A stretch of 64,000 nt of DNA from Nitrospira japonica (GTDB taxonomy: Bacteria; Nitrospirota; Thermodesulfovibrionia; Thermodesulfovibrionales; SM23-35), in NCBI GenBank assembly GCA_020725385.1, contig DYFC01000010.1:1-64000 (forward strand), given 5' to 3'. The stretch's first letter is position 1. Every line of letters begins with the position of its first letter. Positions 12,334-22,781 of this stretch are shown here, one piece after another. The translations under genes and the position numbers were made by a program. The notes under the pieces are model-generated. The model was given only the letters and a program-made list of their open reading frames with translations. It was not told where the DNA came from and ran no database searches.

Positions 12334-14139
12334 ATGGCATTTACTGGCGACTTAGAACATCTTCATATAGTTGATGTAATTCAACTAATACACACGACAA
12401 GAAAAACAGGAACTCTGACTGTGAAAGGTGAAAAGGGTGTTAGCCGGATAGTTTTCAGTAATGGTTATATTGTTGGCGCTAATCATCTTAACAATAGAGT
12501 GCGAATAGGTGCAGTTCTTGTTAAACTTAATGCAATAAAAAAACAGGATCTTGAAGAAGCCCTTGAAATTCAAAAAAAATCCGGGAAAGCCCGGAAACCA
12601 TTAATTACCACCCTCATTGAAATGGGAAGGTTATCGCGTGAAGACGCTTTCAAGGGGCTTAAAGAACTTATAGTAATGACTCTTGTTGATCTTATAGGAT
12701 GGACAACCGGAACTTTTACTCTTGACCCCGATGCAATAGCAGCCTCTCCTGAATGCAGCTATTTTCCCAACCAGATGGAACAGGAGATAAGTCTTGATGC
12801 TCAAATGGTTTTGATGGATGCACTCAGGATTTATGATGAACTACAGCGGGACAAAATAGAAGGCAAAAAGGCAACCTCCTATGAAACTCTGTTTGAACCT
12901 CTTGAATTGTCAGAAGAAAGTCCCCAAGAAAATCATTCTATTACTGCTGAAGATCTGGGACTCGAGGATATAGACCGTCTGAAAAAAAAGATACCCAAAA
13001 CATTTTCTATTATAGAAAGCTTCAATACAGCATCCGTGCACCGCGAAAATATTAGCGAAACTTTGAGGGAATTTTCTCCTGAAGAACAAGGAATTTTTAT
13101 TTCATTCCTTGAAAAATCTACTTCAATAAAAAGCAAACAAAAAATGCTTTCAGCTCATGATATAAATACAAGAGCGCTAATATTATTAAGTACCGATAAA
13201 TTAATAAAACATTCAATTATGACAATATGTAAAAATGAAGGCATACTTGTTTTCTCGCCTAATTCCGAAAAAGAGCTTGATAGTATTATCTCTCAATGTA
13301 TTCTAAAAAAATATTTTCCTATTCTTGTATTTGACAGTCCTGATCCGGCTGACTCAGAAATGTCCGAAGAAAAAATAAAAGCAATCAGGCAGGAAATAAA
13401 ATCCAGATATCCCGAAGTCCCGCGTATTCAACTCGCTTCTCCCCTAGATTATTTATTTACATTGCAATCACTCAGCGGCGGGATACGGGCTGTTTTTCCT
13501 AAACCACTCAGAGAATTTAGAAAAGAAAGTTTTGTTGAAGATACTATAAAATTCTTGCAGGCATTTAAAACCTATATCAAAGAACTTTCAGAAGAAACGA
13601 TAAAAACTTCAAAAGAAGGTGTCATTCTTCAAAAACTTAAAGATAGGTTTGTCTATATAAGAGACCGCAATGAACCAACCGATATCTCATTTGTTCTCCT
13701 TCAATCAGTATCTGAAATATTCGACAGAGCAATAACGTTTTTCGTACGTCAATCCGAACTTTTAGGAGGAAGAGCAATCGGAATTGATAATAAATCTAAT
13801 GGATTAACAACAGCATCCCATTTAAAAATTCCATTAGACGAACATTCCATTTTCAGAGATGTAATTGAAAGCGGAAAGATATTTTATGGAGAAAGCGAGG
13901 ATATAATTCTAAAAAAGTACTTATTTGAAAAAATAGGAACACCACTTAATCCAAATTTTATAATTCTTCCTTTGAGAAGCAGAACAAAAGTTGTAACGCT
14001 TACTTACGGCGACTTTGGTGTTAAAGAGTCATCACAGGTTGTAAATATCGAAATGTTTGAGATACTCTCAAATTTTACAGGTATAGCCTTAGAAAATATT
14101 TTTTACCGTAAGCACTATAAAAAGTCTTCTCAAAAATGA
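12334..14139 (+). CDS. DUF4388 (PatA_N-like) multidomain signalling protein with C-terminal GAF-like region
   Basis: MAFTGDL..DVIQLI..RKTGTL..G-F N-terminus; MshEN-like RIGAVLV..LEEALEIQ; C-terminal ILPL..TYGD. Confidence 0.7.
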   Translation: MAFTGDLEHLHIVDVIQLIHTTRKTGTLTVKGEKGVSRIVFSNGYIVGANHLNNRVRIGAVLVKLNAIKKQDLEEALEIQKKSGKARKPLITTLIEMGRLSREDAFKGLKELIVMTLVDLIGWTTGTFTLDPDAIAASPECSYFPNQMEQEISLDAQMVLMDALRIYDELQRDKIEGKKATSYETLFEPLELSEESPQENHSITAEDLGLEDIDRLKKKIPKTFSIIESFNTASVHRENISETLREFSPEEQGIFISFLEKSTSIKSKQKMLSAHDINTRALILLSTDKLIKHSIMTICKNEGILVFSPNSEKELDSIISQCILKKYFPILVFDSPDPADSEMSEEKIKAIRQEIKSRYPEVPRIQLASPLDYLFTLQSLSGGIRAVFPKPLREFRKESFVEDTIKFLQAFKTYIKELSEETIKTSKEGVILQKLKDRFVYIRDRNEPTDISFVLLQSVSEIFDRAITFFVRQSELLGGRAIGIDNKSNGLTTASHLKIPLDEHSIFRDVIESGKIFYGESEDIILKKYLFEKIGTPLNPNFIILPLRSRTKVVTLTYGDFGVKESSQVVNIEMFEILSNFTGIALENIFYRKHYKKSSQK

Positions 14140-14190
14140 TTTTTTTTAATAAAATTAAAAATACGAACGATATTATCTTAAGAGGATAGA

Positions 14191-15258
14191 ATGGATATAG
14201 CAACCTTTAACCAGATTCTCGGAATAGCCTTTGAAAAAAGGGTCTCGGATATACATTTTGAGGTTGATAATCCTCCTTTGTTTAGGGCACGTGGGCATCT
14301 GATAAAATCCAAATTGAAAAACCTTACAAAAAAGGATACGGAATTTATAGCAAACACAGTAATGCAGCAAAGCAATAGAAACCTTCCGGAAGATGTAACA
14401 GAGTTCGATACATCTTACACATTGTCCAACGTGGGACGTTTTAGGGTAAGTATCTTCAGGCAGCGTGGAAATATTGGAATAGTAATGCGTGTGATTCCTC
14501 ACCATATTGGAAATTTCAAAGAGCTTAACCTTCCACCCATACTCGGTAAAATTGTTCAGGCACCTAATGGATTAATACTTGTTACCGGTCCGACAGGGAA
14601 TGGAAAATCGACTACACTGGCTTCCATGATACGTTTTATAAATGAAAATTTTAACTATAATATAATTACTATCGAGGATCCGATAGAGTTTGTCTTTTCA
14701 TCGGAAAAAAGCTGCATAATTCAGAGAGAAGTTGGTCTGGATACGGAAAGTTTTCATAGCGCCTTAAGAGCTGCAATGCGTATGGATCCGGATTTGATTA
14801 TGGTTGGTGAGATGCGGGACCTCGAAACAATAGACGCCTGTATAAAAGCAGCGGAAACCGGGCATTTAGTCCTTTCTACACTTCATACTCATAATGCTGC
14901 CTCAACTATTAATAGAATAATAGCGTATTTTCCACAACAAGCTCAGGAAGTAATCCGGAACAGACTTGCAGATATTCTGGTAGCTACAGTTTCTCTAAGA
15001 CTTGTTGTTAATAAAACTGGAGATAACCTCATCCCGGTCGTAGAGGTTATGTCAACAACCTCCACAATAAAAGCATGCATAAGGGATGGCAGATTCGATG
15101 AAATTGAAGAATATATCGAAAAAGGCAGCGATGAATACAACATGCAAACATTTGATCAACATTTAATACAATTATGTAAAAAAGACATCATAAGTCTTGA
15201 AGAAGCAAAAAGAATATCCCGTTCAACAGACCTCGAACGGAAGATAGTATATTATTAA
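14191..15258 (+). CDS. pilT: type IV pilus retraction ATPase, PilT/PilU family
   Basis: GPTGNGKSTT Walker A, TIEDPIE, VGEMRD, AETGH..STLH and MQTFD. Confidence 0.88.
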   Translation: MDIATFNQILGIAFEKRVSDIHFEVDNPPLFRARGHLIKSKLKNLTKKDTEFIANTVMQQSNRNLPEDVTEFDTSYTLSNVGRFRVSIFRQRGNIGIVMRVIPHHIGNFKELNLPPILGKIVQAPNGLILVTGPTGNGKSTTLASMIRFINENFNYNIITIEDPIEFVFSSEKSCIIQREVGLDTESFHSALRAAMRMDPDLIMVGEMRDLETIDACIKAAETGHLVLSTLHTHNAASTINRIIAYFPQQAQEVIRNRLADILVATVSLRLVVNKTGDNLIPVVEVMSTTSTIKACIRDGRFDEIEEYIEKGSDEYNMQTFDQHLIQLCKKDIISLEEAKRISRSTDLERKIVYY

Positions 15259-16604
15259 ATTTTCATACAAGATGAATTGTGGCAATTGAATTTTTCTCTC
15301 TTTTTTGTTCCATATTCTTCAGGTATTTGTATATCTCCATATGCAGCATACAGGGCTGCAGCAGCTATTTCTTCAATTTTATATGAACCCGACAACTCTC
15401 TGATTGATTGAAAATAGCCTTCATGTTTTCCATTCGAAATTATCCCGGAAATATCCCTGAACACATTTCTTTCTTTAGCTTTTACAACATCTTCCTTTGT
15501 TGGCAACTTTCTTTTATTTATAATTGTTCGTGCGTTTTTTTCAATTTGGCGGAGATGTCTATACTCCCTTTGTGTAATAAGTGTAATTGCAATTCCGGAT
15601 TTTCCAGCTCGCCCTGTTCTTCCTATCCTGTGCACATAACTGTCAGGATTCTGGGGAATCCCGTAATTAATTACGTGTGTGACATTCTGAATATCAAGTC
15701 CCCTTGCTGCAACATCTGTGGCTACAAGTATATCAAGCATACCCCCTCTGAATTTCTGCATAACCTCATCCCTTTTAGCCTGTGTAAAATCTCCATGAAT
15801 TGCACCGGCATTATACCCCAAATTATTCAATTTCATTGAAACGTCATCAACTTCTCTTTTTGTGTGACAGAAAACAATAGCAAGTTCCGGATCCTCGACA
15901 TCGAGAAGTCTCGATAATGCATCGATTTTGTTTTCTTCTTTTACCTCAAAGAAGATTTGCCGTATCTTAGGAATTACAACATCGCTCTTATTTATGAGTA
16001 TTTTTTCCGGATTATTCATATATCTTTTTGCGATATTCATTACCGGTTGGGGTATTGTTGCCGAAAATAAAAGGGTCTGTCTATCAGAAGGTGTCACCGA
16101 CAGAATTGTTTGAATATCATCGATGAATCCCATGTCAAGCATTTCATCTGCTTCATCGAGCACAGCGATCTTTATATCCGACAATGAAAGAGCTTTTCTA
16201 TTCATAAGGTCAATAATTCGTCCCGGAGTGCCAACTATTATATTTACTCCAAGTTGCAAAGTTTTAATCTGACGGTTTATAGACGTTCCACCATATACAG
16301 GTAGAACTTTATTTTTTCTATGCTTTCCTATTTTATAAATTTCCTGGGCAACCTGAACCGCAAGCTCTCTTGTGGGCTCAAGAACTATCGCATAAGGTTT
16401 TTTGCTTTTATTATTATTTTTCTCTACAATTGGAATGCCAAAAGCAGCGGTTTTCCCTGTTCCTGTTTGAGCTTGCCCGAGTATATCTCTACCATTCATA
16501 ATTAAAGGTATAGTTGATATTTGTATTGGAGTTGGCTCCTCAAATCCCATTTCCCTAATAGACTTGATTGTTTCTTTGCTTAACTTAAAATCTACAAAAT
16601 GCAT
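15255..16604 (-). CDS. DEAD-box RNA helicase (CshA/DeaD-like)
   Basis: AQTGTGKT, PTRELA, DEADEM, SAT, ARGLD and HRIGRTGR. Confidence 0.95.
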   Translation of the reverse strand: MHFVDFKLSKETIKSIREMGFEEPTPIQISTIPLIMNGRDILGQAQTGTGKTAAFGIPIVEKNNNKSKKPYAIVLEPTRELAVQVAQEIYKIGKHRKNKVLPVYGGTSINRQIKTLQLGVNIIVGTPGRIIDLMNRKALSLSDIKIAVLDEADEMLDMGFIDDIQTILSVTPSDRQTLLFSATIPQPVMNIAKRYMNNPEKILINKSDVVIPKIRQIFFEVKEENKIDALSRLLDVEDPELAIVFCHTKREVDDVSMKLNNLGYNAGAIHGDFTQAKRDEVMQKFRGGMLDILVATDVAARGLDIQNVTHVINYGIPQNPDSYVHRIGRTGRAGKSGIAITLITQREYRHLRQIEKNARTIINKRKLPTKEDVVKAKERNVFRDISGIISNGKHEGYFQSIRELSGSYKIEEIAAAALYAAYGDIQIPEEYGTKKREKFNCHNSSCMKI

Positions 16605-16678
16605 AATTTCCTCTTCTTTGTCTTAAATTAAAAATGAATGAAAAGCATAAATCCGAAGGAAAGTTTAAAAGCAGATCT

Positions 16679-16888
16679 TTATTTTTTATCTTCTTTCATT
16701 ACTCTCTTAAAACGCACCGACTTTTTCCTTTTCTTCAATGCTTCTCTCTGTTTTCTTCTATCTTTTTCCGAAGGTTTTTCATAAAAACTTCTGTTCTTAA
16801 TCTCTCTAAAAAGCCCTTCTTTCTGCAACTCGCGCTTGAGAATTTTCAACGCTCTTTCTAAGTCATTGCCATTAACTCTTATTTCCAA
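16679..16888 (-). CDS. rpsU: 30S ribosomal protein S21
   Basis: LERALKILKR..G..EI..R.FYEKPS; probable TTG start after GGAGA. Confidence 0.9.
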   Translation of the reverse strand: MEIRVNGNDLERALKILKRELQKEGLFREIKNRSFYEKPSEKDRRKQREALKKRKKSVRFKRVMKEDKK

Positions 16889-16925
16889 AACATAGTCTCC
16901 AATCTTCACATAAAATTTTTGTCAT

Positions 16926-16966
16926 AAAAACAAAAAACCCTCAATGCTTTTAAAGCATCTGAGGGT
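16926..16966 (-). terminator. intrinsic terminator immediately upstream of rpsU
   Basis: Minus strand ACCCTCA-GATGCTTTAAAAGCAT-TGAGGGT followed by TTTTTGTTTTT. Confidence 0.7.
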
Positions 16967-17043
16967 ATCAATAGTTAAAACTCCAAAAGCTTATTATTAT
17001 AACTTATAATTTGAATTAAATTCCAACGGAAAATATCTTGACA

Positions 17044-17751
17044 TTACTTTACCTCAAATGTAAGAACCGTCGTATAGGACAAGTAGTCGGCATCTGGATC
17101 ATTTTTTGTAGCGACTCTATGTTTTGACAGAATAATTTGCATACCTTTTTCAGCAACTTTTATACTTAAATTACCATCTTTATCAGTTTTTCCTACATCT
17201 GTATGATTACTAGTTTCTACTTTAACACCTTCAAGGGGCTTACCTTCAAAGTATACCTGTATCGGGAGAACATCATTCACTTTTAATTCACATGGATTTT
17301 TTAGAGGAATGATTTCAAACTTTAGTCCGACGGGCTTTATGATGTTTTGACTGCAGGAAAATATACCTTTTGCATACTGTGTAGAATAAAATGAATCTAT
17401 TATCTGCACGCCTGATTTTTCAGCTTCTCTTTTTGTAATCTTCTTTTTCCCATCAGGTGTAGTTACAATATACCCACCTTCAAATAAAGCTGTTAGGATT
17501 GAAACATTCGATTTTGAAGTGAGATATACAACATCCTTTTCAACTTTTTTTAATAAAGTTACTTCTTTATCTTTACTATCTAAAGCCTTTACCTCTTTTA
17601 AATTTTTGGGATCATAATTGTATACTTCGGGCGGATGACCCCATAATACTCTGAAAGTACTATTCTCTTTTTCTATCCAGACATGATGGGCAAATCCCGG
17701 AACTGTCAAAAAAAGAAAGATCACAATTGCTGCAAATAGTTTTTTCTTCAT
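17044..17751 (-). CDS. DUF4198-like periplasmic protein (Ni/Co uptake associated)
   Basis: Signal peptide ending AHHVWI; WGH; EIIPLKNP..V.FEGKPL; TDKDG. Confidence 0.8.
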   Translation of the reverse strand: MKKKLFAAIVIFLFLTVPGFAHHVWIEKENSTFRVLWGHPPEVYNYDPKNLKEVKALDSKDKEVTLLKKVEKDVVYLTSKSNVSILTALFEGGYIVTTPDGKKKITKREAEKSGVQIIDSFYSTQYAKGIFSCSQNIIKPVGLKFEIIPLKNPCELKVNDVLPIQVYFEGKPLEGVKVETSNHTDVGKTDKDGNLSIKVAEKGMQIILSKHRVATKNDPDADYLSYTTVLTFEVK

Positions 17752-17772
17752 TATATACTCCTTCAATAGTCC

Positions 17773-18504
17773 TTATTTCGATTCTCCGACTACTTTAAAA
17801 GTAATTGATGCAGAGAAATCAACTTTATGATTACATACAAGCATCCACGTTCCGGGATGAGGAATTTTTATATAAGCAATACCATCTTCATTGCTCTTCG
17901 TAAAAAAGGGGAATGGTTCATCTTCAGAGTAATAACCTTCATAAGTGGCATATAAATATGTTGAGAGTGGTTTGCCTTCAAAAAGAAGTCTCACAGGCAT
18001 GCTATCGCCAACTCTTAAATCTTTTGGATCCTTTAAAGGTACAATCTCAATGCGGTGTCCTAAAGTGCTACTTATGTAACTTTTCCCTTCACCGACAGAA
18101 ATAATGGATTTTGCATATTTTTCAGAAGCTACATGTTGTTTATCTCCTTTTACTTTACGATATGCTGTGACTATATAAGAGCCCTTCTTTTCCACAATTA
18201 TTTCGCCTACCAATGCACCGGTTCTTTCCCCGGTTCTATCTTCCCATGTTTTTGTAATTTCTTTCTTAATACCATCGGGGTCAATATAACAAAAATCTCC
18301 AAGACTCTCTCTACTTATTAAAATATCGTAGTAAGGAAAATTGTGACCAAATACTACCTTAGCAGTAACCTTTTCTCCTGTTGACGGATATGCATTATCA
18401 ATGTTTATCCATAAATCATGGGCAAACGACACCCCGGTTATAATTATTAAAAAAAGACTAATTACAAATAAAATAAAATAACATTTAAATACCCTCGTCT
18501 TCAT
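17773..18504 (-). CDS. DUF4198-like periplasmic protein, paralog
   Basis: Signal peptide ending AHDLWI; FGHNFP; EIVPLKDP..LFEGKPL; GTW. Confidence 0.8.
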   Translation of the reverse strand: MKTRVFKCYFILFVISLFLIIITGVSFAHDLWINIDNAYPSTGEKVTAKVVFGHNFPYYDILISRESLGDFCYIDPDGIKKEITKTWEDRTGERTGALVGEIIVEKKGSYIVTAYRKVKGDKQHVASEKYAKSIISVGEGKSYISSTLGHRIEIVPLKDPKDLRVGDSMPVRLLFEGKPLSTYLYATYEGYYSEDEPFPFFTKSNEDGIAYIKIPHPGTWMLVCNHKVDFSASITFKVVGESK

Positions 18505-18515
18505 GATAGTTCCTC

Positions 18516-20336
18516 CTATATTTTTACAGTTAATTTCCCGAAATAGACTCTTCCAAGCCATTCTTTATCAGGCTCTCCATAATCAGAGTTAAAAACATTA
18601 TCAATGTCTAATGATAAAGATATGTTTTTCGTTACTTCTTTAATTATTTTCAGATTTGAAACTGAATAGCTTTTTATTTTTGTCGTATTTGTTTCATTAG
18701 TAAAAGCCTCAGAATAATAGTTTGTTCTCCAGTGAATAGAAGCAAGCAAGGGCTTCACCTCATAACTTAGTCCTACATTTATTGTATTGTGTGGGCTATA
18801 AGGTAAATCCTTATCAAGTTCTTCATTGTTAGTATCAAGATATGTATAACCTAAACTTGTCTCGAGTGTATCAATGATAAGAGCTTTTATATTAAATTCT
18901 ATACCCTGTGTATATGCCTCTCTCACATTTTTCCATGTGCGCACAGGAACATTATCTATCTTTTCAGATGTACCAACAGCAACGATAATATCTTTCACAT
19001 CATTTCTGAAAAGACTTAGACTTGTGGTTATTCTGTCTGAAATAATATGTTCAATTCCTGCAGAATAACCCCAGGAAACTTCGGGATTTAATCCCGGATC
19101 AGGTTTATTCCACCAATTACCGTGTTTGAAGAATACATAAAGTTGCCTGATGGTTGGTGACTTAAAAGCTCTTCCAATTGATGCTCTTAAACGCGTTTTT
19201 TCAGAAACCTCCCACATAATACTTGCTTTAGGATTAAACTCGGTATCATATAGTGAATGATTATCTATCCTGCCACCTATGACAATATTAAAAGGTTTTG
19301 GAGATATTTCATCCTGAATATAGAAACTCCATACGGTATCTCTTTTATCTGCAAAACTTGCAGTAATATCTCTTAACAGATATTCGGCTCCTGTGGTTAT
19401 AAGATGTGTTTTACCAAAAGGTCTGGAATATTGTATTTCCACATCCGTATAGGTAATATCACCAAAACGTCTGGTATAACCGGGGGAAAAACTGTCCATA
19501 TTTAGTCTATGCCAGTATCCTTTAATCTTAAGAAAAGATGCATCGGGTAATGTTAACTCTACCGAAGGACTAAATCTAAGTTTTTCGTCTATTTGATATT
19601 TCCATTCTGATTTATCGTAATTCATTCCAAATAAGACATTAATGTTTTTTGAAAACTCATATGAAAGTTTTGTCAATAAATGTCTTGCTTCATAATCATC
19701 CTCAGATGCACTATAACGTCCTCTTTCAGATTTTTCATCTTGAGCACTTATTAAGAAACCAATATTTTTTATTCTTTGACCATAACTTACACCTATCAGA
19801 GACATTTTATTGGACCCGTATCCAGCATTTACCGTAAATAATGGGTTTTCAGGGATTGGTTTCGTTATTATATTTACAATACCTGCTATCGCGTCGCTTC
19901 CATAAAGTACAGAACCAGGCCCCTTAACAATTTCTATTCTATCAATTAGATCAACAGGTATCTGGTTAAGGCTGATTCCATATTCACCCATGCCACCGCC
20001 TAAAACTCTTTCACCATCTAAAAGAACAAGACCATATCCTCTATCAAAATCGAATCCCCTTAATCTCGAAAGATAAGATGAAGACCCTGGCACATTCTCG
20101 CCTCTTATATAGAATCCTGTAACATCTTTGAGAAGCTCGGATACATTTTTTGAATTGGAGTTTTCAACCTCTTCTTTACTTATTAGCACAGTTTCTACAG
20201 GCACATCTTCTAAAGTATGTGGCGTCTTTGTTGCAGTGACAACAATCTCTTCAAGTTTTGCATCTTTTAATTCCTCGGCAAATACATTTGAAAAACCCGT
20301 TAACAATATTAAAATTATTAAAACTCTGAAAAACAT
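18516..20336 (-). CDS. TonB-dependent outer membrane receptor
   Basis: EEIVVTAT TonB box; plug motif IDRIEIVKGPGSVLYGSDAIAGIVNIITK; barrel end N.F..Y..GR; AGGAGG RBS. Confidence 0.95.
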   Translation of the reverse strand: MFFRVLIILILLTGFSNVFAEELKDAKLEEIVVTATKTPHTLEDVPVETVLISKEEVENSNSKNVSELLKDVTGFYIRGENVPGSSSYLSRLRGFDFDRGYGLVLLDGERVLGGGMGEYGISLNQIPVDLIDRIEIVKGPGSVLYGSDAIAGIVNIITKPIPENPLFTVNAGYGSNKMSLIGVSYGQRIKNIGFLISAQDEKSERGRYSASEDDYEARHLLTKLSYEFSKNINVLFGMNYDKSEWKYQIDEKLRFSPSVELTLPDASFLKIKGYWHRLNMDSFSPGYTRRFGDITYTDVEIQYSRPFGKTHLITTGAEYLLRDITASFADKRDTVWSFYIQDEISPKPFNIVIGGRIDNHSLYDTEFNPKASIMWEVSEKTRLRASIGRAFKSPTIRQLYVFFKHGNWWNKPDPGLNPEVSWGYSAGIEHIISDRITTSLSLFRNDVKDIIVAVGTSEKIDNVPVRTWKNVREAYTQGIEFNIKALIIDTLETSLGYTYLDTNNEELDKDLPYSPHNTINVGLSYEVKPLLASIHWRTNYYSEAFTNETNTTKIKSYSVSNLKIIKEVTKNISLSLDIDNVFNSDYGEPDKEWLGRVYFGKLTVKI

Positions 20337-20666
20337 ATTCTTATCCCTCCTTTTTCTTCTCACCCCTTTCTGTTAAAATTAAAAGGGGCGTTGTATTTCG
20401 CAGCGTTTTCCCAAAGGGCAGGGTGTCCCCGCAAAAGACCAACCTTGCCCTGAGTTTTAATCATTACATTCTGCATTAATAATTTTAATTTTTTTGAATT
20501 CTAAATTTTCTTTGTAATCACCCCCTCCTTCAACCCTTTAATCAAGTCTGCACCCTTCATGTTCCGAAAGATTAGTATTTGTCCGGATAAGTTTATTATT
20601 CATTTCATAAAAATTAAACATCTTTATACTTTTACCGGTTAACCCGAATATTCTGTTTTTAACTCC

Positions 20667-20775
20667 AAAAACAAAAAAGCCACGAAAGCTGATGCATTCA
20701 TTGCATCTTCAGCCTTCGTGGCTTTGAATTTCTATACTTTAAATTTTCTTCTTTATACCGGACTTCTTGCCCGGC
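20667..20775 (-). promoter_or_regulatory. structured 5' leader / attenuator, copy 1
   Basis: GCCGGGC-AAGAA-GTCCGGT hairpin, then GCC-ACGAA-GGC overlapping a terminator stem ending GCTTTCGTGGCTTTTTTGTTTTT; homologous to 25548-25638. Confidence 0.75.
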
Positions 20776-20783
20776 GTGTATTT

Positions 20784-20813
20784 AAGATAATAAAAGCTGT
20801 TTAAATATGTCAA
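20784..20813 (-). promoter_or_regulatory. sigma70-type promoter of the TonB operon
   Basis: TTGACA-N18-TATCTT directly upstream of leader copy 1. Confidence 0.55.
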
Positions 20814-20862
20814 TACATAACATTTTAGACTACTTATAAATTTTTGTTTTTGGATTTGATTA

Positions 20863-22764
20863 TTACACGTTATCAAGCATCTCTCTGACTTGAATCAATA
20901 ATTCCTGTGGTAAAATAGGTTTTTGAATAATATATATGCCATTTTCTGTAACACCTTTCTTCTTAAGAATATTGTCGATATATCCGCTAATAAATATCGC
21001 TTTAATCTCGGGTCTTATTTTTTTTATCTCTTCATATACTTCTTTGCCATCTTTTTTCGGCATCAATACATCCAAAATTAAAAGATGAATTTTATCATTA
21101 TTCTCATTAAATATTTTCATAGCATCTTCTCCATCAGATGCTAACAGTACGGTATATCCAAATTTCTCAAGTGTATTTTTTATAAAGCTTCTTACCTGAA
21201 TATCATCTTCGGCAATTAGTATAGTTTCATTGCCCGTTGGCATATCAATCTGTTTCTTTTGCACGTTTTCAATAGGCTTGGATTTAATTAAAGGAAAATA
21301 TATTTTAAACAACGTGCCTTTACCTAATTCACTATATACATTTATATAACCTTTGTGTTGTTTTACTATGCCATAGACTGTAGCAAGTCCAAGTCCGGTA
21401 CCTTTACCTAATTCTTTTGTTGTGAAAAAAGGCTCAAAAATTTTCTCTCTGGTCTTAATGTCCATACCACAACCTGTATCCTGAAAAGACAGTTCTGCAT
21501 ACTCTCCCGGCACACCATATCCATGGGCTGAAACATATAATTCATCAATAGTTATAACATTTGTATGAATTAATATTTTTCCGCCATCAGGCATTGCATC
21601 CCTTGCATTTGTAGCAAGATTCATCAATATCTGATCTATTTGAGCTACATCTGCCATAATTATTAAATCTTTCTCTAAAAGATCAACTAAGATTTCAATA
21701 TCCTCTCCAATAATTCTTGAGAGAAGTCTTTCAGAGGATCTAATAATTTCATTTAAATTAACAGGCTTAGGAGAAATTATCTGTTTTCTACTAAATGCAA
21801 GAAGTGCCTGGGTAAGGCTTGCTGCTCTTTGAGAAGCTGAGAGTATTTGGTCAAGCTCAAAATTTTTACCAATATTCATTTGTAATAGATTTCCATATCC
21901 AATTATTGCTGTCAGTAAGTTATTGAAATCATGTGCAATTCCTCCTGCAAGTTGCCCGATTGCATCCATCTTTTGTGAATGAAGAAGACGTTCTTCAAGC
22001 TTTTTTTGTTCAGTAACATCTCTTGATATTTCCAATACAGTTAAAGGCTCGCCATTTTTATCTCTAAGAGCAACATTTGCCGTGCAATGAAAGTAGTGAA
22101 TATTGCCATTTTTATCTATAACACTCGTTTCATGTTTATGTATTTTTCCATTACTGAAAGTCTTAAGCGTCAGACATGGAGACGGTTCACAGGGTTTGTT
22201 TCTTCCATGATATGCTTCATAGCACTTTCTGCCTATAATATCAGAACCAAAAATTTCTTTTGCAATTTCATTTGCCCAGATAATATTTAATTCTTTATCC
22301 ATCATGCTCATATGATCACTAATAGAGTGTAACATGGCTTCGAGTTTTGCTTCGCTCTCCCTTAATGCGATTTCAACTTTTTTAAGAGATGTTATATCCC
22401 TGAATGAATAAAGATACCCGGCAATTTTTCCTTCGGTATTTCTTATTAGGGAAGCACTAATTATTACCGGTACAATATTACCGTTAGCATTCTTAATAAG
22501 TGTCTCGGTCTCAAAAATATTCTGTCTCTCATCCAGAGCTTTTTTAACAATACAATCAGTTTCACACATTTCAGTTTTCATGACATCTTTACAGTACATG
22601 CCACATGCTTCATGTGCTCTAAATTCTGTTATTTTTTCTGCTTCTGCGTTGAAATAAACAATTCTCATCTGGGTATCGGTAAAAAACACCGCATTGGGTA
22701 AAGAGTACAGAATAGCTGAAGCGCTTACTCCTACAGGGAATTCAATAAGATTATTTGTTTTCAT
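20863..22764 (-). CDS. cytoplasmic hybrid histidine kinase (PAS-PAS-HisKA-HATPase-REC)
   Basis: AHDFNNLL H-box, [22 protein letters not shown]; C-terminal receiver ILDVLMP. Confidence 0.93.
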   Translation of the reverse strand: MKTNNLIEFPVGVSASAILYSLPNAVFFTDTQMRIVYFNAEAEKITEFRAHEACGMYCKDVMKTEMCETDCIVKKALDERQNIFETETLIKNANGNIVPVIISASLIRNTEGKIAGYLYSFRDITSLKKVEIALRESEAKLEAMLHSISDHMSMMDKELNIIWANEIAKEIFGSDIIGRKCYEAYHGRNKPCEPSPCLTLKTFSNGKIHKHETSVIDKNGNIHYFHCTANVALRDKNGEPLTVLEISRDVTEQKKLEERLLHSQKMDAIGQLAGGIAHDFNNLLTAIIGYGNLLQMNIGKNFELDQILSASQRAASLTQALLAFSRKQIISPKPVNLNEIIRSSERLLSRIIGEDIEILVDLLEKDLIIMADVAQIDQILMNLATNARDAMPDGGKILIHTNVITIDELYVSAHGYGVPGEYAELSFQDTGCGMDIKTREKIFEPFFTTKELGKGTGLGLATVYGIVKQHKGYINVYSELGKGTLFKIYFPLIKSKPIENVQKKQIDMPTGNETILIAEDDIQVRSFIKNTLEKFGYTVLLASDGEDAMKIFNENNDKIHLLILDVLMPKKDGKEVYEEIKKIRPEIKAIFISGYIDNILKKKGVTENGIYIIQKPILPQELLIQVREMLDNV

Positions 22765-22781
22765 GTTTTCTAAATTATGTT

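Noticed and set aside
20390-20660. Cobalamin or c-di-GMP-I riboswitch upstream of the TonB receptor
   Set aside because: No B12-box or GGGAA..GCCACTG core, and the GGGCAA hairpin lacks the GNRA/receptor and GCAAA..P2 arrangement of GEMM.
20712-20775. Canonical ANTAR or CsrA site
   Set aside because: Loops are 5-nt ANGAA, not ANTAR hexaloops and not GGA-containing; reported as a distinct motif instead.
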